Below are positions 9,774 through 18,311 of a stretch of DNA of 64,000 nucleotides, in pieces. The notes under the pieces were generated by a model, which did not search any database, was not told the origin of the DNA, and saw nothing but the letters and a program-made list of their open reading frames with translations. Source of the DNA: Meyerozyma guilliermondii (taxonomy: Eukaryota); NCBI GenBank assembly GCA_051546255.1, contig CP128817.1:1178001-1242000 (forward strand), written 5' to 3'. Within the stretch, counting starts at the first letter, position 1. Each line of letters starts with the position of its first letter. The position numbers and the translations under genes are program-made.

Positions 9774-11174
9774 TCAACTAGTTATGAACATTTCGATTTC
9801 CCGTCCCAACATCGTCTCCATAATTTCAAACTCATATCCGAATCGCTGGTCAAAGTAAGCCAACGTATAGTAAGTGTCTTTGATGGTTAAATCCAATTCT
9901 TCCAATTGAGCCAAATCTATATTGACCTCCAGTGGTAACTTGGGATGTGCGGTTTGAGTTATTAACAGCACAAGGTCACACAATTGTTCTCGATACTGCT
10001 CCAAAACTTTCACAAAATGATCTTCTTCTTTGAGAAGAGATAAATCAGGAATCGATCGAGGGGTTTTCAGGAGATCTTGCAACGCTTTGTTGTGTATCCC
10101 TGAGTATAGTCGCAACAGCCCTGTAAACTTCTGTACAAATGAAATGCACATAAACACACTGTCCCATTGACTTAAGCCAATCGTGCCCTTCAGCACTAGA
10201 TCTTCTATCAACGTTTCACCGTCTAACCACGATGGAAATGTCCTATCTCTGAGTTGTACAAGAGATCCAATCTGCAGATAAACGGGATGCCGAGTGTTAG
10301 GGACGTAATACTTTACTTTCTCAATTGTTAAAGTCATGGACTTAACGGCCAAGTCATAGACGATATAGACCGACGAACAGTGGAACGTGAAAAGTTGTTG
10401 AAAGTCAAGAATACGGCACTGTTCATCGTCGAATGAATTCGGACTATCTCCCTGTTCATTCTTGGATATTCTACTCAATATAATATTAGCAAGGAGCTTG
10501 GGGTCTTCTTTTGGATCGAACGCAATTTCTTTATCTATGGCAAGTTCAAAACATTTAATTGTCCGCTTTTGCAGGGCTTCATCTGAGTGGGCGCTTCGAT
10601 CTAGCTTATGAATGTTGCCAGTGCTTTCAATGGCACCATTGACTTGCAACACAGTTTTTTGAGTAAGTTCGAATGAATCTGGAATATGGAAACGGTCCAA
10701 GGTTTGAGGGGTGAGAGATGAGAGTAAATCAACAAGAGATTCCTCGGCAAGGAACTTGAGTATTGTAACGCAGTTGGAATCGGTAAATAACGCTTGATAA
10801 AGGTGGGTTTTGATGTCATTGTATGGCCCGCCATTACTTGAATTGAAAGCCTTGACTTCATCCAACAAGTTGATGATTTGAGGCCGAACAAAGTCCCAAA
10901 GATTGTTGAACACCACCATCATTTCTTCATGATTTGAAAGTTGTTCGATTCGACCAACATAATTATTGATCAATTCTCGTCTATTTTTCCATCTTGCCAT
11001 GTGACTGGAAAGATCTTTATCAACCATTTTGACCAGGGAACTACTAGTCTTTGGAAAATTAACGAGGGTGGTGAATGCAAATATACCGTAAGAGAATGTC
11101 CGTGCCAGAAGCTGAAGCACCAATACCACTGCTTCTTGTGGCAGTTCTGCTATTGAATTCAGGTCAGAAGACAT
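9774..11174 (-). CDS. Orphan/lineage-specific protein of unknown function (466 aa)
   Basis: Long ATG-initiated ORF with globular composition; no motif recognised. Confidence 0.6.
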   Translation of the reverse strand: MSSDLNSIAELPQEAVVLVLQLLARTFSYGIFAFTTLVNFPKTSSSLVKMVDKDLSSHMARWKNRRELINNYVGRIEQLSNHEEMMVVFNNLWDFVRPQIINLLDEVKAFNSSNGGPYNDIKTHLYQALFTDSNCVTILKFLAEESLVDLLSSLTPQTLDRFHIPDSFELTQKTVLQVNGAIESTGNIHKLDRSAHSDEALQKRTIKCFELAIDKEIAFDPKEDPKLLANIILSRISKNEQGDSPNSFDDEQCRILDFQQLFTFHCSSVYIVYDLAVKSMTLTIEKVKYYVPNTRHPVYLQIGSLVQLRDRTFPSWLDGETLIEDLVLKGTIGLSQWDSVFMCISFVQKFTGLLRLYSGIHNKALQDLLKTPRSIPDLSLLKEEDHFVKVLEQYREQLCDLVLLITQTAHPKLPLEVNIDLAQLEELDLTIKDTYYTLAYFDQRFGYEFEIMETMLGREIEMFITS

Positions 11175-12665
11175 TTAGAAACTCGATTGCAGAAAATACA
11201 AAACCAATTAGGATGATAGGGTGGGTCGACATTAATGATTATAACGATGGATGGTACTGAGAAACCCAGTATTTGACTATTATAAAGTAGTCAATTGCAA
11301 TGCTGCCGGCTAAAATTGCCGCTGATTTTTTTTAGCGTGTTGATGGTTTTTTAAAACTCGATTCCAGGAAATGTGATGATTTGAAGCCCGGAGCTATACA
11401 GTAGCCGGTAATCCGAATAGGCGGCTGAAAATAAAGCCAAAAACAAGTACTAACTCGCAAGTGTGACCAGATGAGAAATGACAACGAACAAATTTTTTTT
11501 TACTAACAATAGGAGTGACAGGTCACAAATGCGATTGGCGAGGCAAAATTAAGGTAAAAGAAATTTGGTGAGATTTTGGCCGAATAAAATACGAAGTATT
11601 TAACTTGTTTGGCAACCAAGGGATGATTACAATTTTTTTACTGCGTCGGGAGATATTATGCACGGGGATGCAAGGTGCTGTACCAACCTGAACCAGGGTG
11701 CTTAACGATTTGCATGCAGACGCAGGTGACTACTCCGATCCAGTTACACAGGCCTGTGCGACTAGCCGCGGAGGAGGTGAGAGGCGGGGGTATTGGGCGA
11801 CAACGTACCGTCGACAAAATAATGGCATATGTTTGTTGACATGAAAATATTATATTTTCGGCACGGCTCCTAAACACCCGAGCTAACAAATCCGTCGACG
11901 GAGCCACCTTGCGAGCGAACAAACCAAACAATAACCATGCAGAGGCGTGCGAGATCTTGCGTCATTCTTTGTTCGGCAATTTGCGCCTTGTTTTGTCCGT
12001 ATATCATTACACCCATACAACAAGCGCATGCAATATTACATCATGCTGAGTTACGGAGGTACGGATCAGCGTCACTACATGCTTTAATAAGACCGATCAA
12101 CACTCATGGTGGCTAAATATCGAACGATTTTTATCAAATATTTGCCTGTAAGGCGGGTTTATTATCCCAACAAAAATATTCCATGCACCGCCTCGTAAAC
12201 TTAGATTTTCTCTGTGCTTTTATTCGGCCCGTAAATTACTCCACCTATTACGGTTACAGTTGCCCTTGAAATATTTGAGATGAGATGAACGTCGCTACGC
12301 GAGATGTCAACCTTAAAAGATTTCCGTCAAGATTGATATCGTGCATGATCTAGCTGCATGTCATCACAAAATTTATGTAAGTTCATGCACCTCTGTCAAT
12401 CGTCTACCGGCTCGCCTATATTACGCGCAGTCTCATCTGAAGACGCCATTCAGCACGCTCTTAGGTGCCTACATCTATGTATCTACCTTTGTACAATTTT
12501 TCATAAGTCTATGGTTAGTACTGTCAGACAAATAATAGTAAGGTAGCGAGGTTTTTTCCACATCGACAGAATGTCTCGAGCCAAATGCACTCTAGTCATC
12601 ATAATGTACTTACATTAACTTGTAGTGTGCAAAAAGTTTTCGCGATGGTTTTATACCCCGAAGAC

Positions 12666-12677
12666 GTTACCCGCACA
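12666..12677 (+). promoter_or_regulatory. Reb1-type site (TTACCCG) in SPT3 promoter
   Basis: GTTACCCGCACA about 80-90 bp upstream of the SPT3 ATG; identical 12-mer at 59795-59806. Confidence 0.45.
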
Positions 12678-12756
12678 ATGGAAAGTGAAAATCGCGGCAC
12701 TGCACATAAACCATACAATTAGTTAAACGCACTCTAAGTTGGTTTGAGATTCAATC

Positions 12757-13737
12757 ATGTCCCAAGACAAGTACAAGTACCGCGTGGAAATCCAACAAAT
12801 GATGTTTGTGCTGGGTGAATCCAACGACGCGCCAGTAGAAACCACAATGATTATCGAAGATATAGTTCGAGGCCAAGTTATAGAGATTCTTATTCAGGCT
12901 ACCAAGACTGCTTCTGCTCGTGGATCCAAATCAATTGCACCAGAAGATGTTATATTTCTCATACGGCATGACAAAGCCAAGGTCAACCGATTACGAACGT
13001 ATCTTTCATGGAAAGACGTTCGAAAAAACGCCAAAGATCAGGAAAGTGGTGGAACTGAATCATTGATTGAAGGTGGTGCAGATGCAAGCGGTGCTGGCGC
13101 CGGTGCTCCCGGAGGAGGTACTGGGGTTGATTCGTCCAAGATGCTTTCGCGGTACAAGAAACTGAGAATACGGCTTCCCTGGGAGGTGCAATATATGTTT
13201 TCTGAGCAGCATCTCGAAGCAGCAGATGAAGCCGAGGAGGTGGATGATGAGGAAAAAGCTGCCACGATTGCGTCGTTGAAACGATTAAAGATGGCGGACG
13301 ACAGAACTAGGAATATGACAAAAGAGGAATACGTTCATTTCTCAGAATGTCGACATGCTTCTTTCACATTTCGTAAAGCCAAGCGGTTTCGGGAATGGGC
13401 TCAAATTGCTCAATTATGTGATTCCAGGCCCAATGATGATGTCATAGATATCTTGGGATTTCTAACGTTTGAAATTGTGTGCTTTCTTACCGAGGAAGCA
13501 ACGGCCATCAAGAGCGCTGAAGAGAAATTGGTTCAAATGCTGATGGTGAAAACCGGTAAAGAGATGACCAAACGAAGAAGAAAATATCTATTTGATCGTC
13601 CTGACGAGCTAGCAAAGCCATTGATGCCGTATCATATCGAAGAAGCATGGCGCCGACTTCAATCGTTGGACAACAAACATAAGGCGGTGCGATCATTTGG
13701 AGGTGGACGCATCAAGACGAGAACTGCATTAATATGA
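12757..13737 (+). CDS. SPT3: SAGA subunit Spt3
   Basis: KYRVEIQQMMFV(S)GE, KVNRLRTYLSWKDVRK, ADDRT..MTKEEY, SFTFRK.KRF. Confidence 0.97.
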   Translation: MSQDKYKYRVEIQQMMFVLGESNDAPVETTMIIEDIVRGQVIEILIQATKTASARGSKSIAPEDVIFLIRHDKAKVNRLRTYLSWKDVRKNAKDQESGGTESLIEGGADASGAGAGAPGGGTGVDSSKMLSRYKKLRIRLPWEVQYMFSEQHLEAADEAEEVDDEEKAATIASLKRLKMADDRTRNMTKEEYVHFSECRHASFTFRKAKRFREWAQIAQLCDSRPNDDVIDILGFLTFEIVCFLTEEATAIKSAEEKLVQMLMVKTGKEMTKRRRKYLFDRPDELAKPLMPYHIEEAWRRLQSLDNKHKAVRSFGGGRIKTRTALI

Positions 13738-13902
13738 AAAAGAGAGAGGAAAATAGACTATAATACATTCATCATTAATTTACTACTAAACCTGCTAAAC
13801 CAAATCCCATGCTTACCGCTCTTTTTCTTCTCTTTCTTCTTCCACCTTAATCTTTACACCCCCACACCCGCACCTTACAATTTTCACCAACCACTTTTCG
13901 GT

Positions 13903-14517
13903 ATGGGTATAACGATTCGCCAAGCCAGGATAGATGATATCCAGGCCATGCAAAATGCAAACTTGCACAACCTACCTGAAAACTACCAACTCAAGTACTA
14001 CATGTATCATATACTATCATGGCCACAAGCCAGTTTTGTCGCTACCACCGACGACGATATTGATGAATTAAACGACGAACAATATAAAGATCCTAAAGGA
14101 GATACCAGCTACATTAGAAAGGGAGAAAAGATCGTTGGGTATGTGTTGGGCAAGATGGAAGACGATCCAGATGCTGAAGATAAAACTCCTCATGGGCATA
14201 TTACATCATTGTCGGTGATGAGAACTTATAGAAGAATGGGAATTGCAGAAAAGTTGATGAGACAATCGTTATATGCAATGTGCGAGTCCTTCAAAGCACA
14301 ATATGTGTCGTTGCATGTCCGGAAATCCAACAGAGCTGCTTTGCATTTATATAGAGATTCACTCCAGTTTGAGAACACCTCAATTGAGAAAAGTTATTAT
14401 CAAGATGGAGAAGATGCATATGCCATGCGCAAGGAGTTGAGGTTGGAAGAGCTCTCGCCTCATTTGTTCCAGAAAACAAATCAAGTGGACGACTTGACAT
14501 CGGACCTCTTATCGTAA
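13903..14517 (+). CDS. ARD1: NatA N-terminal acetyltransferase catalytic subunit
   Basis: [48 protein letters not shown]. Confidence 0.97.
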   Translation: MGITIRQARIDDIQAMQNANLHNLPENYQLKYYMYHILSWPQASFVATTDDDIDELNDEQYKDPKGDTSYIRKGEKIVGYVLGKMEDDPDAEDKTPHGHITSLSVMRTYRRMGIAEKLMRQSLYAMCESFKAQYVSLHVRKSNRAALHLYRDSLQFENTSIEKSYYQDGEDAYAMRKELRLEELSPHLFQKTNQVDDLTSDLLS

Positions 14518-14534
14518 ATAATATACATTATATC

Positions 14535-15296
14535 CTAATATCTTTCCTTCATTCTCGATGCAACTGTACGCAAGTTTCCGTACACTTTTCCTGGTGGAGA
14601 ACCCAAGATTAATGAAACCACTGCTTCTCGAGCCATTCGTATGTGAGTGAATCCACCCAATATATGTATTTTTGAGTCTGCAAGCACGATTCTGGTTCTG
14701 GTGGCATTCTCAATGGCAAACTTGGTCCGTCCATCTTTACCGGCTATACGGCCAATGGCACGCGACAAGTGGTCTCCTGTCAATGTTTTGACATCTTTAA
14801 CCTCGAAAGTCTCGATGTATAAATCGTCCAACCTCAATAATGCAATGGCGTCGTCCACATCGAAACCAAGCGTGAACGCCTTGACGAAATCGGCTCCTTT
14901 CTGAAGGGCACCTGGGTCGGTGGTTGTTTTGTTGGTTTTGAGTTCGACTGTCTTGGTTTTCAAGTTCATCCGCACTTGAAGCTTGAGATGCTCCACCAAA
15001 GGTGGATATATTTTAGGCCATGTATTTTTCAATGGGCTCATTCTATGGGGTGGAACCTGCACTTTTCTCGACTCCAACTTGACCTTCATACCCACCTTGG
15101 TGGCAGCGGCAAATTTGGGCTTTCCAGACTCATCGAGAACAACACCGGCAACTTCAGTGGCATTGTGTTCTTCTTGTTCTGGTACACCATTTGTGTCTAT
15201 AAGCATGGAATCGTCTTCTGGTGCCAGAGAAGGAAGCTCGGGCTGTTTTTCGGCCACAGGAAGCTCGGGCTGTTGGATTTTAGTGGGGGCAGCCAT
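14535..15296 (-). CDS. PNO1: KH-domain 40S biogenesis factor Pno1/Dim2
   Basis: VPPHR.SPLK..W.KIY.PLV, HLSRAIGRIAGK.G.TKFAIEN, GSPPGKVYGNLR. Confidence 0.97.
   Translation of the reverse strand: MAAPTKIQQPELPVAEKQPELPSLAPEDDSMLIDTNGVPEQEEHNATEVAGVVLDESGKPKFAAATKVGMKVKLESRKVQVPPHRMSPLKNTWPKIYPPLVEHLKLQVRMNLKTKTVELKTNKTTTDPGALQKGADFVKAFTLGFDVDDAIALLRLDDLYIETFEVKDVKTLTGDHLSRAIGRIAGKDGRTKFAIENATRTRIVLADSKIHILGGFTHIRMAREAVVSLILGSPPGKVYGNLRTVASRMKERY
15231..15274. repeat. 17-bp direct repeat with 27-bp period in the PNO1 N-terminus (QPELP twice)
   Basis: AGGAAGCTCGGGCTGTT at 15231-15247 and 15258-15274. Confidence 0.8.
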
Positions 15297-15313
15297 ACTA
15301 TAAGATCGAGTCT

Positions 15314-15336
15314 AAAAAAAATTCCTCATCTCATCG
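15314..15336 (-). promoter_or_regulatory. PAC element (CGATGAGATGAG) with adjacent RRPE-like AATTTTTT tract in PNO1 promoter
   Basis: Plus strand AAAAAAAATTCCTCATCTCATCG directly upstream of a ribosome-biogenesis gene. Confidence 0.7.
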
Positions 15337-15757
15337 TCCTGTAGATAGACGTACTGCAGATATGAGCCAGTCAGTCAAGAAAGACCCCCAAATACTTTGA
15401 CCAATATTGGTCATTTTCCGTTTTGCAGAACTGAAATGTACACAATTCCTACTCCAAAACATCCTTCTTCCTTAATCGGTGTTTAGAAGCTTAATTCTCG
15501 TCATTGCTGGCTTCCCCACACATCCCACCGAAGCGCGCACTCTGAAAATTTCTCGATATCAGATTGGTTCCGCACAAGCAACCCGTTCAACCAGGTGGCA
15601 TATCTTCAAACATATTCGCTCGCAGGCCCTGAAACTCGCAATAAAGCACAAAGGACGACAGAAGAGCATTATAATCCAACAAAAATCACACTTTCTTACC
15701 AACACTCACACATACCATCAATCGGCCTTTGGAACTCTATCACATTTCGCCACTCCG

Positions 15758-17539
15758 ATGTTAAAATCATTAGGAATACGGCCTATGAAGTCGCTCTTGG
15801 AGCTGCGCATGGCACCAGAAATACAAGCACTTACGTACCGTCGTTTGCCTCTTCTAGCTTTTCGGACCTCCAAAAGAAATTACAGCAAAGTTCCGCCATC
15901 CAGCAAGATTTCGCATTCAAAAGAACTCATAATTCCTACAAAACACGAACTATTAAAGCATGCCAGTGGCCCCATACAGCGTGCCCTCATACACCTCAAA
16001 TGGCCTTTGACCCGAAATAACCGTCCATCCGCTTCGGATGTCGTTTCTGCTGCCCTTTCATGGTTCGTCATGGGTAACATTCTCTGGATCATTTTAGGAA
16101 CAACCACCTTCTGCCTTATGGGATTGTACGCTCTTGACACATTGAGTAATGTCTGGAAGTCCGTTTCTCCTGGAGAGACGAAAGAGAGCTCATTGGTGGG
16201 AAAACTTACCAGTGCAATTGTGTCGCAAGGTTTGGGAATAAAGTTGGAGTTTACACCAGGTCAAGTAATTCCCGAGCTCAAAGACGGAATGCTCAGATTC
16301 AAGAACGTAAGAGTTGTGTCGACGTTGCCAGAAACAAAATTTGACGGTACAATAGATGCCCTAAATGTTTCATTGTCGTTCCAGAAATGGTACGAGGGAA
16401 AAGGTATCATTGACGAACTTGATATTTATGGCATGCACCTCAAACTTTACTATGAGAATGATTCAGAGCCTCATATGACCGTTGGGAACGACTCGGTCCC
16501 AAGTTACAGGTTTAACGACACCATGCATTACCAATACGACCTTCCCAATTCACCCGAAAATGAAGAGGCAAGTGTCTCTCCTGCCACATTAATCGATACT
16601 TCCTACGAACTTTCTCTGGTAAAGTTACACGATTCGTACTTTGATATTCACGAGTCTGAAGCAGTCGAACCATTTCGAGTTGCGGTCTTCAATTGTGATC
16701 TCCCGCAATTGAAAGGTGACAGAATCTTGCTTGATTTTTTCAATGCTAACATCGTAACTGGTTCAATGAACGACTCGTTGTTCACCATTCATAAACGTCA
16801 AACAGAGACCGCAAGCGCCGATTCTGCCCAAAGAACGGTGCGTTTCAAACTTGATGGTATTGATTTGGGAGCTATTTCTCAAAAGAACCCACGTACAAAA
16901 TTCAACTGGATTGTCAATGGAAAAGCAGAAATCATTGCCGATATTCGAATGTCTAGTTTATCAGAAAAAGAAGACAAAAAATTTAGCAATGTGTTTTCCA
17001 GCTCTTTTAGAGAGCTTCTTTCCTTAACCGATCCAAAACTGACCCCATCGGATGAACAGGAAAGTAACGAATCTAATTTATTGAAGGGAGCCTTGGCTGC
17101 AATTTACACCACATTTTCATCCAAGGAATCTCAACCTTCCACCATACAAAATAACGATTATGCCGTTGTGAACGTCAAGGTCAAACTCAAGGATCTCAAG
17201 GCTACCCTTCCAAAGTATATGCCTATGGCCACCTCAACCAACACACCTTTCATTTCCTTGCACGACTTGAGGTCCTTGGTTGCTTTTGCTAATGAACTTG
17301 GCGGTTCATCACCTCCTATAGTGGTGCAGTCCACCGCCATAGAAAGATTATCAGACTTGCATAACACTGAAAATATCTTTGACACTCGAATTTTCGACCT
17401 GATTGTGAACGACGTCTATGAAGAATTGCTCAAGATGGTTCACTTGGACGAGAAACGAATCATTGAGGAAAAGTCCTCATCATGGTCGCATTCTGTTGCC
17501 AGTCAACTATTGGTTCTTGGTTTAAGTGCAATGGTATAA
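15758..17539 (+). CDS. MDM32: Mitochondrial inner-membrane protein of the Mdm31/Mdm32 family, Mdm32 by synteny
   Basis: LKWPL.R..RP, SW....N.LWI.LGTTTF, P..KDG...FKNV, FTIHKRQ. Lies between PNO1 and SPP2 as MDM32 does in S. cerevisiae. First ATG at 15758. Confidence 0.8.
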   Translation: MLKSLGIRPMKSLLELRMAPEIQALTYRRLPLLAFRTSKRNYSKVPPSSKISHSKELIIPTKHELLKHASGPIQRALIHLKWPLTRNNRPSASDVVSAALSWFVMGNILWIILGTTTFCLMGLYALDTLSNVWKSVSPGETKESSLVGKLTSAIVSQGLGIKLEFTPGQVIPELKDGMLRFKNVRVVSTLPETKFDGTIDALNVSLSFQKWYEGKGIIDELDIYGMHLKLYYENDSEPHMTVGNDSVPSYRFNDTMHYQYDLPNSPENEEASVSPATLIDTSYELSLVKLHDSYFDIHESEAVEPFRVAVFNCDLPQLKGDRILLDFFNANIVTGSMNDSLFTIHKRQTETASADSAQRTVRFKLDGIDLGAISQKNPRTKFNWIVNGKAEIIADIRMSSLSEKEDKKFSNVFSSSFRELLSLTDPKLTPSDEQESNESNLLKGALAAIYTTFSSKESQPSTIQNNDYAVVNVKVKLKDLKATLPKYMPMATSTNTPFISLHDLRSLVAFANELGGSSPPIVVQSTAIERLSDLHNTENIFDTRIFDLIVNDVYEELLKMVHLDEKRIIEEKSSSWSHSVASQLLVLGLSAMV

Positions 17540-17570
17540 TGTATATACGAATAACGATCTTCATTTGTTC

Positions 17571-18233
17571 TCATTCTTTCAGCCTCTTTACCATGGGCAC
17601 CAGTAACTTTTTCTTGTCGAATAAATCGTCCATTAACTCTGTTTCTACAGGTTTGGCCCCAATTCCTAGTACCACTCCTTTCTTTCGGTTTTCCAAACTG
17701 GGTTCTGGCGAGTCTTTTCTTTTATTATTAGGTTTCCATCCCATACCTCGGAGTAGCGCAGCTCCAAACTGATCAACAGGTACTTTATCATACTCTGCTT
17801 CTTCCACATCTTTTTCTTCATCAGACTGTTCCAAGTTTATCACCATACCCAGGTCGTTATCTATAATATTCTGATCAAGTTCCTGTTCAGTTTTAGCATT
17901 AATTCTAGTCATCAGAGCCATAGTGTTGCGCTCTATTTTCGGTCGAGGTCGAGTAGTAAGGTGAGTTGGTCGTATTATAATTTTCTCTCTGGCATTAATA
18001 GCTTTATTGTCGGCAATAGCTCCTCCTTTTTTAGTATCAAATGAGTCAATTTTATGGATTATTTCATCTTCTTCATCTGATTCAGGTCCAAACGACGTTG
18101 TAGATTTCGATGTTTTCGACGCTTCAGGCTGTCGTTTCCGTATGCTAAAGGCCACTGAGCTCTTATTTGGTGTTGAAGAAGAGTCTGAGCCTACAGATTT
18201 GCCTTTTTTCTTTATCTTCATTTGGAACCCCAT
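17571..18233 (-). CDS. SPP2: G-patch splicing factor Spp2
   Basis: Y..VPVDQFGAALLRGMGW...LGIGA G-patch; synteny with MDM32. Confidence 0.9.
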   Translation of the reverse strand: MGFQMKIKKKGKSVGSDSSSTPNKSSVAFSIRKRQPEASKTSKSTTSFGPESDEEDEIIHKIDSFDTKKGGAIADNKAINAREKIIIRPTHLTTRPRPKIERNTMALMTRINAKTEQELDQNIIDNDLGMVINLEQSDEEKDVEEAEYDKVPVDQFGAALLRGMGWKPNNKRKDSPEPSLENRKKGVVLGIGAKPVETELMDDLFDKKKLLVPMVKRLKE

Positions 18234-18311
18234 CTCGCTCCAATCTTCAATAATCTAAATTCGAGCGCGTTTTATTTACTATACATCTAACGAAAATCCA
18301 CTTACCCTATC

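Noticed and set aside
12377..12625. GTAAGT ... CATTAAC-TTGTAG as a possible intron upstream of SPT3
   Set aside because: The spliced product gives only a short meaningless peptide and lies upstream of the apparent SPT3 promoter elements.
11175..12756. Longest intergenic region as a centromere, LTR or tRNA locus; short ORFs 11656-11931 and 12341-12546
   Set aside because: No terminal repeats, cloverleaf or A/B boxes seen; short ORFs lack coding character. Best read as a divergent promoter.
15479..15757. N-terminal extensions in the ORF track (MDM32, also HCR1, SGT2, MHF2, CTM1, SDC1, TRS31)
   Set aside because: Start at GTG/TTG or at upstream ATGs in promoter DNA; family-typical N-termini begin at downstream ATGs.
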